64,000 bases of DNA from Eledone cirrhosa (lineage: Eukaryota): NCBI GenBank assembly GCA_964016885.1, contig OZ024747.1, forward strand, positions 8,618,001 through 8,682,000, written 5' to 3'. The notes below the pieces were generated by a model, which made no database searches, was not told the DNA's origin, and saw nothing but the letters and a program-made list of their open reading frames with translations. Positions 39,290-52,845 of this stretch are shown here, piece by piece. How positions within the stretch are numbered: the first letter of the stretch is position 1; the number at the start of each line of letters is the position of its first letter. The position numbers and the translations under genes were made by a program.

Positions 39290-42200
39290 ATCATGCTGTA
39301 AAATGGAGGTAGAGAGGGCCCATGAGTCCAGTAAGACATCTTCTCTAGTGCTGGTGGCATGAATAAAAGCACCCAGTCCATGCTGTAAAGTGGTGCTGGA
39401 GTTAGGAAGGGCATCCAACCAGTATATATACTACTGCCAAAGCCTATGAGCACAACAAATGAGAATTGCAACAACTTCGTCAACAGCAATAACACTAACC
39501 ATGTTAGGGCTGCGCACGGTAGTGGGGTGGCTGGTGCGGCCATGTGCGAGAACCCCCCAACCGTCTTCAAGCAATCGCACTACAGGAAGAGGAAAAGGAA
39601 CAAGAATATGAAGACAGCGCATCTCAGAGTTGCAACACTTAATGTTGGCACTCTCACAGCTAGATCTGGTGAAATAGCGGAGATGCTGGAGAGAAGGCAT
39701 GTGGATGTGTGTTGTGTGCAAGAGGTGAGATGAAGAGGTGCCTCTGCGAGACTAATCGCAGGCAAACATCTTAGCTATAAGCTTTTCTGGGTAGGTAAGG
39801 ATGATGTGTTAGGGGGAGTAGGCATTTTCCTGGCTGAGAGATAGATCGATAAGACAATAGAGGTAGTTCGAGTTAATAATAGAATAATTAAGCTTAGGTT
39901 AGTTGTAGGCAAGAGACTACTGACAATCATCTCTGCCTATGCTCCCCAGGCAGCCCTAGGTAAAGAAGAGAAAGATTGCTTTTGCGAGCAACTTTTACAA
40001 AAAGCCGCAATGACAGAGGACGACGACATCGTTATGCTAGCAGGGGACTTCAATGGTCATGTTGGACAGCTCCAGGATGGTTACACTGGGGTACATACTG
40101 GGCACGGTTACGGTTCAAGAAATGAAGGAGTGAGACTTCTTGAATTTTGTGATGCAAGTGCACTAACACTTTGCAACACTAACTTCCAGAAACCTGCCAA
40201 TCACCTAATAACCTACAAATCAGGCGAGCACATAAGCCAGATTGACTTCTTACTAGTTAGGCAACGGGACAGGCAGATGGTGTCAAATACCAAGGCATTC
40301 CCTGGGGAAGAATGTACCCCACAGCATAGGTTAGTCGTTAGTGATATCTCAGTAAGCAAGAGACGGAATGGGACATATAGGAAGGTGTGGAGAAGAAAGG
40401 TCTGGAAGCTAAAAGACCTTTCACTAAAATACAAATTTAGGAAAACTCTTCAAGATGGAATTTCTTACGTGACAACTTACTGCAGGCTACTGATGAAACT
40501 TGTGGCTGGAGAAGAGCTCCAACCAGACAGAGAGTGACCTGGTGGTGGAACAGCACAGTAGATAAGGCCATTAGAGACAAAAGACTAGCATAGAGTGCTT
40601 GGGAAAAGGGTGGGAGTAGAGAAGGATATACAGCCGCTAAGAGGGAAGCTAGACGTCAAGTGTACTTAGCACGCAGGGAGGCTGAGAGTAGGAGGTTCTG
40701 CGACGAGAAGATCAGAGATGTGCGGTGTTCCACATTGCAGTGCATCAATGCAAATCAGGATGTTGTTGGAGATAAATGTGTCCGGTGTACTTAGTGTCAC
40801 GAATGATCAGAAAAAGGAGGCCTGGAAATGTCATTATGAGAGACTGATGAATGTGGAGAACAAATGGGAGATAGAGAAATTACCCTCAGTTGATCCGACA
40901 GACAGACCAGCTATTGAGATTGACGAATATAGGGTCCAAGAGGCGATTAAGGAAATGAAAAATGGTAAGGCCGCTGGATCGTCGGGGATAGTTGCTGAGA
41001 TGCTGAAGGCATCAGGGGACGTAGGCACTAAACTGGTTGCACGCATCATCAATCAGGCTATATATGGCGGTGTCATATCCAAAGACTGGTGCAGCAGTAT
41101 TCTCATAAATTGCTACAAAGGTAAAGGGGATGCTCTGGAGAGGAGCAATTATAGGGGTATGAAACTGATGGATCAGGTTATGAAAGTGGCAGAAAGGATA
41201 TTAGCGCAACTAATTAGAGAAAGGGGCAAACTAGATGAGATGCAGTTTGGTTTTGTGCCTCTTCTTGGTGAGACAATTACAAGAGAGGTTCTTAGAGAAG
41301 AATAAGCCACTATACTTAGCTTTTGTTGACTTAGAGAAGGCCTTTGATAGAGTACCCCGATCTGTCATCTGGTGGTCCCTAAAGAAACTAGGTGTTGAGG
41401 AATGGCTTGTGAGGACAGTGCAAACTTTGTGCAGAGGGACTGTCAGTAAAGTGAGGGTAGGAATGGAGTTTAGTGAGGAATTCCAGATACAAGTAGGAGT
41501 ACATCAAGGTTCGGTCCTCAGCCCGCTCTTGTTCATTTTACTCCTCCAAGCCATAACAGAGGAGTTTAAGACTGGCTGTCCATGGGAACTTCTCTATGCT
41601 GACGATCTGGCTCTTATAGCAGAATCAGTAGAGGAGCTAGAGAGTAAATTCTGGCTATGGAAACAGCAGTTGGAAGCAAGAGGACTGAGAGTGAACCTAG
41701 CTAACACAAAAGTGTTGATGAGTAGAAAAGAGGACAAAACTCTGATTCCGTCAGGGAAATGGCCATGTTCGATATGCAGAAAAGGAACTGGCATAAATTC
41801 TATAAAATGTACACAATGCAGATCTTGGATACACAAGAGATGTAGTGGGATAGCAGGCAAACTAATAGGTAGGGAGAAATACGTATGCAGTAGATGTACA
41901 GGGAAATTTGACAGTAGAAGTCGCATTGATAGACACATTTTTCAAATGCAGGTTGGTGCTATAGAAGTGGTTGATAGCTTCCAGTACCTAGGTGATCAGA
42001 TTAGCATGGGGGGGCCATAGTATCTAGAATAAGGACGGCTTGGAAGAAGTTTAGGGAGCTGCTTCCTCTGCTGATGAAGAAGGGTTTCTCCCTGCGTACG
42101 AAAGGCTGGCTATATGATGCCTGTGTGAGGAGCGCAATGCTGCATGGTAGTGAAACCTGGGCAGCAACTGCAGAGGATATGCGGCGGCTGGAGAGAAATG

Positions 42201-42549
42201 AGGCAAGCATGCTCCGTTAGATGTGCAATGGATGTGTTGAGAGAGAAACTGTGTCTGAGAGGGATGGAGTGTAGTGTGCGAGAGAGGAGACTGTGGGGGT
42301 ATGGACATGTGATGCACATGGAGGATGACCGCTGGGTAAAGAAGTGCCAAGAAATGCCAGTTGAAGGAAGACGTGGTAGAGGTAGACCACGAAAAACATG
42401 GGTGGAGGTGGTAAGAGCAGACCTCAGATTGCAGAAGCTCACGGTGGAGAGGACGAAGGACCGTGACAAGTGGAGAGATGCTGTGCTGAATAGGGCTCGT
42501 CCCACCCTTGCAAGCAGGGAAAAGCGGACATAAAATGATGATGATGATA
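39290..42549 (+). mobile_element. Near full-length RTE-clade LINE, inactivated (APE endonuclease, RT, PHD finger)
   Basis: APE motifs LRVATLNVGTL..CVQEVR, AYAPQ, GDFNGHVG, QIDFLLV and QHRLVV. RT motifs NYRGMKL, FVDLEKAFDRV, GVHQGSVLSPLLF and YADD (41595-41606). C-terminal LHGSETW..GRPRKTW. 5' motif gttaggaagggcatcc, (GAT)n tail, several stops and frameshifts. Confidence 0.95.
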
Positions 42550-42646
42550 CATATATATATATATGCACACACACACATATCTCTCTCTATATATACACAT
42601 ATATACACACATAGGTATAAAAAATGTATACATATGTATATGTATT

Positions 42647-42685
<39 letters not shown>

Positions 42686-42769
42686 TTTTACTCTTTTACC
42701 TGTTCCAGCCATCCGGCTGAGGCCATGCTGGGGCACCACCCTTTTTGCGACATGTTCTATCTCCAGCCT

Positions 42770-43627
42770 GTGTTGACTGATTAATGGTGTAAGAGGGAGT
42801 TTGTTGCTGCTGCCCTTGGGTTACCTTCGTATCGTGCTGTGGGGGGCTCATCCAGGATCCTGGATAGCAGAGTGTCAAGATATTTCTTAAAAACATCCAT
42901 GTCCACCGTATGGAGATCTCTCAAATTTCTTGGCTGCTTGTTGAAGAGTTGAGGGCCTTTGAACCCCAGGCTAGTGCAATATCTGCCCCTTATTCTAGAT
43001 GTGAAAGATGGGACTTTTCACACAACACAGTGACGTCCTGTTTGGGGTTTGGTCCAGTGCTCAATGCCAAAGTTGGAGCTAGCCCCTTCAGGATTTTCCA
43101 TATGTATATCACTGCGTATCTCTCCCGTCTTCATTCCAAGGAGTAGCGTTTCAGTTCTTTTAGCCTCTCCCAGTAGCTTATCTCCTTTATTGTGGCAATC
43201 TTCTTGGTGTGGCTTCGTTGGATTGTCTCAAACTCTGTGGTTAGTTTGATACTATGGGGTGACCACAGTTGGGAGCAGTAATCCAATCTGCTTAAGACAA
43301 ATATCCTTCATAGTATCAGCATGGTCTCTCGGTCTCTTGTCTGGAAAGACCGCAAGATCCAGCCAGCGAGTCGTCTGCACATAGTCGCCACCCTCATGAG
43401 GTGTGAAGAAAAAGATGCATCATCGCGCATGTCTATTCCCAGGTCTTGTACCAGTTTCAACATGGGGATTTCAATCCTTCCTTGTCTGGTGTAGCTGTGT
43501 TGTACTGTCTTTGTGGTAGCAGGTTGGTATTGTTGTCCTCAGCCCATTTATATATCGCATCCAGATCTTGTTGTAAAAGGGCAGCATCAGCCAGGTTTTT
43601 GATTGCCTGTGCTACCTTTGTGTCATC
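42770..43627 (-). mobile_element. CR1-group LINE 3' fragment
   Basis: Minus-strand translation [65 protein letters not shown]. Confidence 0.85.
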
Positions 43628-43653
43628 ATATGTATATATATATGTATATATAC

Positions 43654-43760
<107 letters not shown>

Positions 43761-43761
43761 A

Positions 43762-44082
43762 TGAAATAATGACAGGAAGCTGGACTTGTGTAAATCCTTG
43801 AAAGGTTTATTATACTCTGATCATTTCAATGACCGGGTTCCCTATGAATCCGGTGATATCATCAGGTATTGGAAATACAATAAATGAATGTAATAGGTAA
43901 AATCCATGGGGCTGATGTCTTTCATTTTCAGCCCCATGGATTTTACCTATTACATTCATTTATTGTATTTCCAATACCTGATATGATATCACCGGATTCA
44001 TAGGGAACCCGGTCATTGAAATGATCAGAGTATAATAAACCTTTCAAGGATTTACACAAGTCCAGCCTCCTGTCATTTCATT
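43762..44082. mobile_element. Near-perfect fold-back insert (about 150 bp arms) with degenerate hammerhead-like motif
   Basis: Centre ccatggggctga-loop-tcagccccatgg. Minus arm reads atac CTGATGA ..accgg/ccggt.. GAAA tgatca ga gtat, with the conserved U before the cleavage site apparently mutated. Confidence 0.8.
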
Positions 44083-44107
44083 ATAATAATTATTATATAT
44101 ATATATT

Positions 44108-44451
44108 GGAGGCATATGGTTTAGTGGTTAGAGCATTGGTCTTGCAATCGAAAGGTTGTGAGTTCAATTCTCAGACCGGGTGATGTGTTGTTTCCTTGAA
44201 CAAGACACTTTATTTCACATTGCTCCAGTTTACTCAGCTGTAGAAATGAGATGATAGGGACTGGGGTCTCTATCATTCCACTGCAAAGTGGTCGTGGAGG
44301 TGCCACGGCAAAAAAGCACCCAGCACTCACTGTAAATGAGGTTGGTGTTAGGAAGGGCATCCAGCTGTAGAAATCAAGCCAGAATCAGTTCCCGTCCCAC
44401 CCTTGCAAGCAGGGAAAAAGCGGACGTAAAAATGAAATGATGAATGATGAT

Positions 44452-44453
<2 letters not shown>
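44108..44453 (+). mobile_element. SINE family A, full length
   Basis: tRNA-like head with A and B boxes, CORE-like ccttgaacaagacactt..ctccagtttactcagctgtagaaatg, RTE 5'UTR-like block and RTE 3' tail. Confidence 0.9.
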
Positions 44454-44483
<30 letters not shown>

Positions 44484-44521
44484 ATATTAACAAATGGCAA
44501 CTATATTTATAAAACCATATT

Positions 44522-44586
44522 TATTTCATTATACATATTTCAAGGACACCAAGTTAAATTATGGTGTGCTTTCATCAGATAAAATA
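44522..44586 (-). ncRNA. Type I hammerhead ribozyme motif in a PLE-type insert (about 44478-44760)
   Basis: Minus strand: tattttat CTGATGA aagcacacca-loop-tggtgtcctt GAAA t-atgt-AUA^ atgaaata. Confidence 0.8.
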
Positions 44587-44759
44587 TAATATAGATCAGT
44601 TTTATAAATAAATATTGACATTTTATTATAATATTTAACTCCGTACTAGCACCACCAACTACACAAACGAAGACGGTTGAACTGCTTTACGTTGAGTACC
44701 CTCTATATTATTACATTAGGATTGACCAGATCTATCCAATGGTGAACCTTCAAACCCGA

Positions 44760-44791
<32 letters not shown>

Positions 44792-44812
44792 GTATGTATG
44801 CATGTGTATGTG

Positions 44813-44867
<55 letters not shown>

Positions 44868-44917
44868 GTATATATATATATACATATGTATATATATATG
44901 TATATATGCATATATAC

Positions 44918-44949
<32 letters not shown>

Positions 44950-44972
44950 GTATATATATACATATATATATG

Positions 44973-45022
<50 letters not shown>

Positions 45023-45190
45023 TACATATATGTATATATATATATATACATATGTATATATATATGCATATATATATGTATACATATATGTATATATATG
45101 TATATATATATGTATATATATATATGTATTTATATATATGTACATATATATGCATATACATATATATGCTTATATATGCATATGTGTGTG

Positions 45191-45266
<76 letters not shown>

Positions 45267-45709
45267 TATGTTTATATTTATATGTGTGTACTTTTAAGAT
45301 TCTGGGTCGATGTGTTTGTGTTTTTTAGTCTCTTCTGTGCTGTAACTATAGTGTATTAGTTAGTTAATGTATGTGTGTGCAGTAGTTAATGTGTGCATGT
45401 GTAGTGCAGTGCATATTGATGCATATGTATTGCACCCAATGATATCCTGACATACACTTTCACACAGAAATATTAGGATTTTTAATTACAAGCTACAGAA
45501 AATGAAAATATTGCACAGCTTTCGTTGGGTGTTTCTATAATATCTCTCTCTCTCTCTCTCTCTCTTTCTCCCTCTCTTTCTCTCTCTCTCTCTCACTCTC
45601 TCTATCTCTCTCTCCCTCTCTCTCCTCTCTCTCTTTCTCTCTCTCCCTATCTCTCTCGCTCTCTCTCTCCCTCTCTCTCTCTCCCACACACTCTCTCTCT
45701 CTCCCACAC

Positions 45710-45783
<74 letters not shown>

Positions 45784-46243
45784 TCATTCATCGTCACTCT
45801 TACTCTAACTTCATCTCTCTTTGTCTCTCTTCTGTCTCTCTTCATCTCCCTCTATCCAACTTTATCTCTATCCATCTCTCTTCCTCTGACTTCACCTTTT
45901 TCCCTCTCTCCCCCTCTGACTCTCCATCTGTCTACCTCAAACAATTCATTTCTGGTGTGGTCTCTATGGCTGGATGCCTTTCTAATGGAAAACATGTTAC
46001 AGTGTGTGCTGAGAGGATTTTATTGTGGCACCATTCAGGAATCTTACAGAGTGGATTGGGTGCTTTTTATCATGGCACCTGCACTACTACCTGACAGAGT
46101 TGACTGGTTACATTTTGTTGTGGCACCAGCACTACTACCTGACAGAGTTGACTGGTTACATTTTGTTGTGGCACCAGCACTACCATCTTACAAAGTGGAC
46201 TATGTGCTTTTTCTCATGGCTCAAGTGCAACAGAGTGGGCTGC

Positions 46244-46313
<70 letters not shown>

Positions 46314-46319
46314 CTCTTC

Positions 46320-47000
46320 ATTCCTACTTACTAGGATTTTGGTCTTTGCTAAGTTTATCCTAAAGCCTTTTGTTTCTAGGCTTAGTTTCCGTATCTTGAA
46401 TTTATTCTTTAAATCTGCTGTAGATTCAGCTATAAGTAGCAGGTCATCAGCATGTAGAAGCTTCTATGGGCAGCCAGTCTTAAACTCTTCTGTTATGACC
46501 TGGAGCATTATAATAAAATAAAGGTTGGCTGGGGACAAAGCCTTAATGACCACCCTTCTGTATGTACATTGAATACCTCACTAAATACTTTGCCTACATT
46601 CATTTTGCTGACATGGCTTGCACGGCTCTCACTCACAGGCCATTCATCAACACCTTAAGGACTGCCAAATAATAGACAGTGATACTCTATCAAAGACTTT
46701 CTCCAGATCTAAAAAAGCTTGGTATAATGGCTTACACTTAACTAAAAACTTCTCTTTTAGTTGTTTCACTAAGAGAAGGGGCATCAGTGATACTCCCTCC
46801 TGGCACAAAACTAAACTTCATCTTACCTAATTTGATTCTTTTCCTAACTAGTTGTGCTAAGACTCTTTTTTTGCTACTTTCATAACTTGATACATTAGTT
46901 TGATACCTCTCTATAACTTGATACATTAGTTTGATACCTCTCTAGTTCCTTTCTAACATCACATGAAACTGGGATAAGCTCCAGCTTGGTGAGTCTCTAA
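46320..47000 (-). mobile_element. Highly decayed RTE LINE RT fragment
   Basis: Minus strand: LQVITEEFKTGCP*KLLHADDL, DLEKVFDRVS and LAQLVRKRIKL, homologous to 41200-41700. Confidence 0.8.
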
Positions 47001-47429
47001 GCTTGAGAAAGACTTTAACTGTTTGCTTTTATTTATCAATACAATATTATAAATGGAGGCAGCAAATTAAGAGATTCATTAATGCATTTGATTTGTTTGT
47101 AGCATTCATTCCAGTTCTCTGCACACTGAGTTCAAATCCACCCAGATCAAGTATACCTTTCATCTATTCAGGATTGATAAATAAAATATCAGTCAGGGGC
47201 AGTGGATTGGTGGAATTTCTAGAACATCAGACAAGTTGCCTTGTGACATTTGTTCTGTCTTTCTGTTCTGATTTAAAATTCTGCACCCTTCCTGACCTGC
47301 ACTTGGTCAGTGTAGAGACGTAGGCCTAAAACTAACAGTTTCTGAGGTCTCATCCTGCAATGGACTGGGGATAGCAAGCTGGTGGAATTATAAATGGTGT
47401 TGGTGAGAAAAAAAGGAAAGATGCCAATA

Positions 47430-47760
47430 ATGAGATCAAGGAAACAATATTTCCATTGGTCTTTCCATTACTGATACTATCTGCCAATCACATCTCCTGG
47501 CGGAAAAAAGGAAAGAAGCTGATCATCAGATCTGATCAAGGAAACAATATTTCCATTGGTCCTTTCCTCTACTGATACTATCTATTGATTGCAGCTCTTG
47601 GTAGAAGAAAGGAAAGGAGTTGATCATCATTGGTCTTTTCATTGCTGATACTATCTGCTGGTCATAACGCCTGACTAACGAAAGGCACCAATCATCAGAT
47701 AGGAACAAAGAAACAATGTTTCTATTAGTCTTTCCATTGCTGATGTTATCAGGCAGAAGG
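47430..47760 (+). repeat. Tandemly amplified dispersed repeat (gaaacaatatttccattggtctttccattgctgatactatctg)
   Basis: About 4 copies here, with single copies at about 10985-11030 (minus) and 60040-60110. Confidence 0.7.
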
Positions 47761-48243
47761 AGTAAAGTAAAATATAGTATTTTGCTCAAAAGCGTAACAT
47801 ACCACCCAGTCCAGGAATTGATCCCACAATTTTATAATCATGAATTCAACACCCTAACCCTTATGCCATAGTGAGAAACAAGGAGAACCAATTAATAGAC
47901 TTTACATACTTCTTTTGTATTTTGTTAAATGTTCCATATTGTTGGAAAGCCATGGCAAAATTAGGGCAAATAGGGGAAGGAAGGGTTCTTTCTATAAAAG
48001 TACATGGATTTCATTAAATTGATAGAATGAGTAATATTGGTAGAAATTTTTGTTTTTTTTGTTTTTTGAATTTTTTTTATAAATACATTCTGAAAAGGCA
48101 ACAATTTTTTTTCAATAATTAAATAGTTAATCTTTATATAATTGGCATTTTCCTTACTACTACTGGTGTTACTGATACTACTAATAATAAAATAATAATA
48201 AAAAAAATAAATAAATAAAAAAAAATTATTATTATTATTATTG

Positions 48244-48428
48244 GCAGTGGATTGGCAGTATAGGTAGAGAGTCGGACGCTATGCTTTCCAACAGAGTTAC
48301 GTCCCTTTACGATCTGAGTTCAAATCCCGCCGAGGTTAACTTTGCCTTTCATCCTTACAGGGTCGATAAAATAAAGTACCAGTAATGTACTGGTTAATTG
48401 GTGGCCTTGTGCCAAATGTAGAAACAAT
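48244..48428 (+). mobile_element. SINE family B
   Basis: Matches 50279-50462. Confidence 0.9.
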
Positions 48429-48619
48429 TATTATTATTGTTGTTATTTTTATTTTATTTCATTATTGTTTCTGAGATATATGCCGAGTGTCTTCCTGACA
48501 CCTAGGGCAAATAAATTCACAGTGTGCATTGGTAAGCCAGTTAATACAGCACATTGATTATAATTTAAAAAAAAAAACAGTAAACATATATACACATGTG
48601 TATATGTAAATACAAGGAG

Positions 48620-48860
48620 GGATATCCATCTTACAGAGATAGTGCTCTTCTCAATACGTGTGCAGTACCAGTCAAAACAATATATTGCACCACGTGCAGA
48701 GAGGGTAAACCAGGAATCATTCACAAATATTGTTCTGATCCTTTCTTGATCATTCCCAGTCCTCCCACAATCACTGGTATTGTAACGGCCTTGAGGTGCC
48801 ACATTTTCTCAATTTCAATAAACAGATCTTTATATTTTCGTAGCTTGTCAAATTCTTTTA
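48620..48860 (-). mobile_element. RLE-type (R4/NeSL-like) LINE 3' fragment
   Basis: KEFDKLRKYKDLFIEIEKMWHLKAVTIPVIVGGLGMIKK matches the K..KY..L...W....P...G.LG pattern at the end of RLE domains. Confidence 0.7.
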
Positions 48861-48877
48861 TTATTATTATTATTATC

Positions 48878-50278
48878 GATGTCATCGTAGTGGTGTCGAA
48901 CGCCAAACACATCGAGGCGATCGGCACTACACTAAGAGAATACAAAGCGGTGACAGGAGCAATGATCAACCAGGAAAAGTCGGTGGGCCTGCAGCTCGGC
49001 ACCTGGAGAGGCTGTTCCATGCTGTCCAACAGCGTCGTCGGGCGCTGGACGGACGGACCAGTTAAATTGCTAGAGGTTTGATTCGATCCGGACCTCCAGA
49101 TGGACAAAAACTGGGATGAGGTGACGAGCAAGGTGGCTTCTCTCACCCAGAAATGGGTGGAGAGGAAGCTATCCCTGAAAGGTCGAGCGGAGGTGGCTAA
49201 CGCGTACATCTCGTCCGTCATCTACTACCGCCTGACCATCATGCCTTGTCCTAAGCCTCGCCTGACTGCGCTGGGCGTTTGCTCTTTCGCTTTTTGTGGA
49301 AGGGACGCGCTCCGATGGTCAGGCGGTCCATCTGCTGTCAACACCCGCTACGTGGAGGGCCGGGCATGCCGTGGCTGATGATGCGCAGACACGCGCTCAG
49401 GCTACGACATCTCCACCTCTTCCTCGACGGTGATCAGATGTGGTCGCCGTTTGCTAGACGCGTCTTTGCCCAGCTTGTCTCCTTGACGGAGCTGCAGTCC
49501 TGGGTCAAGCGAAGACCGAGAGGGAGCGCTTGGAGACTGGAATGTCTTCAGGCGCTCACAACCCTCAACCAATCGGGCAATGTGATCGGTGGAAACTCCA
49601 CCTTGGTGTTCTATAGAGGATTAGAGGAGGGGAAGTGTGATGACGTACTTGGGGAAACTCTAGGCGTCGACGAAAATCAACTAACCAATCTCTTCGGAAG
49701 AACTTTCGGGCCGGGGCCTATGGACAACTTCCAGAAATCCCTGACCTGGCAGTGCTACCAAGGAGCTTTGCCAGTTCGGGATAAACTCTACAGGCATGGA
49801 GGTGCCATCAGCCGGGCATGTCCGAGATGCGCGCAGGGCGACGAAACCGTCCTGCATGCACTCGTCCAGTGTCCGAGCATTGCTGACTTGTGGGTTTATG
49901 TCGAACACCTGCTGTCGCATGTAGGACGGATCCAACTATCAGCTGAGTCCATTGTGAGGATTGCCCTCCCCTCTTCCTTTAGCCGGGACCGGCAGGCAGT
50001 TTTTATCTGTCTGGTGGCCATGGTGAAAGAGATAGTATGGTGGACACATTTGAAAGGGCTGAAAACGAGCACTTACCTCTTCGGTGATGCTCTGATTGAC
50101 TTTTTCAAATTTCATTTGAAAAGGAAAATCAGGGTAGAGAGGGAAATGCTCTCTTCCCAGCATTTTGTTGAAAGATGGGTGAGAGGGCAAGAATGGCCCG
50201 AGTGAATGGGCCTACTCTGAGTATGTGCCTGTAAATTGAAGGTGGAAAACTGGGAGAGGTGGTCAGGGTCACCACGGT
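48878..50278 (+). mobile_element. L1/Tx1-clade LINE 3' half
   Basis: GAMINQEKS, W..RKLSLKGRAEVAN, FRFLWKG..RGGPGMP, and a zf-RVT-like CPRC..DETVLHALVQC. GC-rich, one stop and a frameshift. Confidence 0.9.
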
Positions 50279-50460
50279 TGGTGGATTGGCAGTATCGGTA
50301 GAGGGTCGGACGCCATGCTTTCCAGCATAGTTACGTCCCTTTACGATCTGAGTTCAAATCCCGCCGAGGTTGACTTTGCCTTTCATCCTTACGGGGTCGA
50401 TAAAATAAAGTACCAGTAATACACTGGGTAATTGCTGGCCTTGTGCCTAAAGTAGAAACA

Positions 50461-50462
<2 letters not shown>
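50279..50462 (+). mobile_element. SINE family B, full length (tRNA head, Meta/MESC-like central domain, (ATT)n tail)
   Basis: A-box TGGCAGTATCGG, B-box GTTCAAATCC, central gcctttcatccttacggggtcgataaaataaagtaccag. Domain assignment is from recalled similarity only. Confidence 0.85.
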
Positions 50463-50495
<33 letters not shown>

Positions 50496-50639
50496 CATTA
50501 TTTCTTTTTAATAATAATAATAATAATAATAAGGATAATTTAAGAGAAGAGGAAAGTCAACCCCTGTACTTGACTGGTAATTTATTTTATTGACCCAGGA
50601 GGATGAAAAGCAAAGTTGACCTTAACAGGATTTCTGTTC

Positions 50640-51500
50640 TTGAACCACCAACATTATAACACCTGAGTAAGCTGATAGAAAAGAAGGAAAAGGTCAGCAG
50701 CCATCTTGCCCAGGTTTATGTGCAGGAAAAAAAGAATATTGTTAGAATAGCCACTGATCTAGAAGAGGGAGATGAAATAAAACCTGATACAAATCTCTCC
50801 CCAGCAAACATTGGAAAACCCCACTCAATACACGAACAAAATTTTTAAAAAATGGACCAATTCACTGAGAAGGTTGTACATGAGTACTTGAGATGAAATA
50901 CACAGACATAAGAGGGGATAAACCATACTAAAATCCTGTCATGGAGTTCCGACAAGTTCATAACATCCCACCTTGAAGGATATCTCCATGTAATCCAAGA
51001 ACAAGAAATCCCCACTAAGTACCTATTGCACAAAAGAGGAAAGTCATCAGTTGACAATAAATGTAGACTGCGTAAAACAAAGACCAAAGATGTTAGCCAC
51101 ATTATTGCCAACAGTGAAAGAATGTCCTCCAGTTACTACTTCCCCATGAAGCATGATGTGATAGCTAGAACCCTCTGGAATATATTATCGAAGATGAAAT
51201 TAAAATCAAATATCTTGAGACTGATGGCCCAAAGTAATACTGGTGGAAACTAAAATAAAAACTGCCACCAAATTAAAGCACAACCAGCCTGATATTGTTG
51301 TTTGAGACCACACATTAAAAACATGTCAATGTGGTAAGAAAAATGCAAGACAGATATCTAGAGACCATTGCTGAAGTGTTTGCAGATTCAGTATCAAATT
51401 TACATGTTCAGCTTTATAACCATCATTATTGGAGCTACAGGTTATATACCAAACCACCTGGACCAAAGTATAACTCAACATGGAATTGTGGAGAAAGAAC
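50640..51500 (+). mobile_element. Decayed RLE-type (R4/Dong/NeSL-like) LINE fragment
   Basis: EGYLHVIQEQEIPTKY..KCRL..DVSHIIA..KHDVIARTLW..HNQPDIVV..IIIGATG: decayed zinc knuckle, RHD-like and PD motifs. Confidence 0.7.
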
Positions 51501-51504
51501 GTTA

Positions 51505-51800
51505 CTCCATGACTTTCGGAAACATTTTTTCACGCTCAGAGTTGCTGAAGCATGGAACAAACTACCTGCATCAGTTGTTAGCTGTCAAAACACTGCATCC
51601 TTTAAAACCTCCATGCTTCCTGAGATTCACCAACTCTACACCTAATATTCCCCCTCCATACATATACACACATGTATATCATGACTCATACACTATTCAC
51701 TTCCCTGACATTTGTATATTATTCTATGTACTATACATGCACCTTTGATGAGTTGTAGTGCACCTGAGCACTTTACACAATAATTTCATTATTATTATTT
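51505..51800 (+). mobile_element. CR1-group LINE 3' end
   Basis: HDFRKHFFTLRVAEAWNKLPASVV..ASFK*, tail gcacctgagcact..(att)n. The tail also appears at about 10905-10950. Confidence 0.8.
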
Positions 51801-52027
51801 AATCCATAATCTACAAATGGCCGCCATAAATCTGTAAAACATTCAAAATCTGTAAAACATTCTTAGAATTCAAAGGATGAATGCTTACACAAGACACAAC
51901 AACAATTTCCTTTCTTTACAACCTTGCCAACAGGAAGGTGGCTGGTCAAATATAAACTCTAAATTAATTTTTTCCGTTTATATATGTGATTATATATATA
52001 TATATATATATATACACCATTTTATAA

Positions 52028-52420
52028 TCATCATCATCACCGTTTTTACGTCCGTTCTTCCACGCTAGCATGAGTTAGATGGGTTATCCTGTTGTGGGCA
52101 GTGTCCGGTCGGCTGACCTTCTCTTGCTCATACGGGAACTGATTTTGGCTTGATTTCTACAGGTGGATGCCCTTCCTAACACCAACCTCATTTACAGTGA
52201 GTGTTGGGTGCTTTTTTGCCGTGGCACCTCCACGACCACTTTGTAGTGGAATGATAGGGACCCCAGTCCCTATCATCTCATTTCTACAGCTGAGTAAACT
52301 GGAGCAATGTGAAATAAAGTGTCTTGCTCAAGGAAACAACACATCACCCGGTCTGAGAATTGAACTCACAATCTTTCGATTGCAAGCTCAATGCTCTAAC
52401 CACTAAGCCATGTGCTTCCA
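52028..52420 (-). mobile_element. SINE family A, full length, alternative tail
   Basis: Head and body as 44108, tail as 9835-9942. Confidence 0.9.
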
Positions 52421-52438
52421 TATCTCTATATATATATG

Positions 52439-52489
<51 letters not shown>

Positions 52490-52512
52490 ATATATATATG
52501 TATATAAATATA

Positions 52513-52551
<39 letters not shown>

Positions 52552-52602
52552 GAAAAAGTATGACCCCAACTGCATACCTCAAACCATTTCGACGGCTATG
52601 GA

Positions 52603-52664
<62 letters not shown>

Positions 52665-52670
52665 ATATAT

Positions 52671-52845
52671 ATAGTTATGTAATAAACAACATAAGGCAAT
52701 TATTTCATTTACCAGTGGTTGCTTTCAAGAAACCACTGGTAAATGAAATTGCCTTATGTTGTTTATTACATAACTATTAAGCTCTGTAACCTACATAGAG
52801 CACTCTTTTTTCCTGGACCTTTCCGACGGAATTACTTCATTCACA
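52671..52845. mobile_element. Fold-back insert with hammerhead 3' half and GAGCACT tail
   Basis: Arms atagttatgtaataaacaacataaggcaatt / aattgccttatgttgtttattacataactat. Right arm starts GAAAC-cactg-GTA. Confidence 0.8.

Noticed and set aside
44108-44180. tRNA-like sequence with A and B boxes
   Set aside because: SINE head. It lacks a proper acceptor stem and continues into the SINE body.
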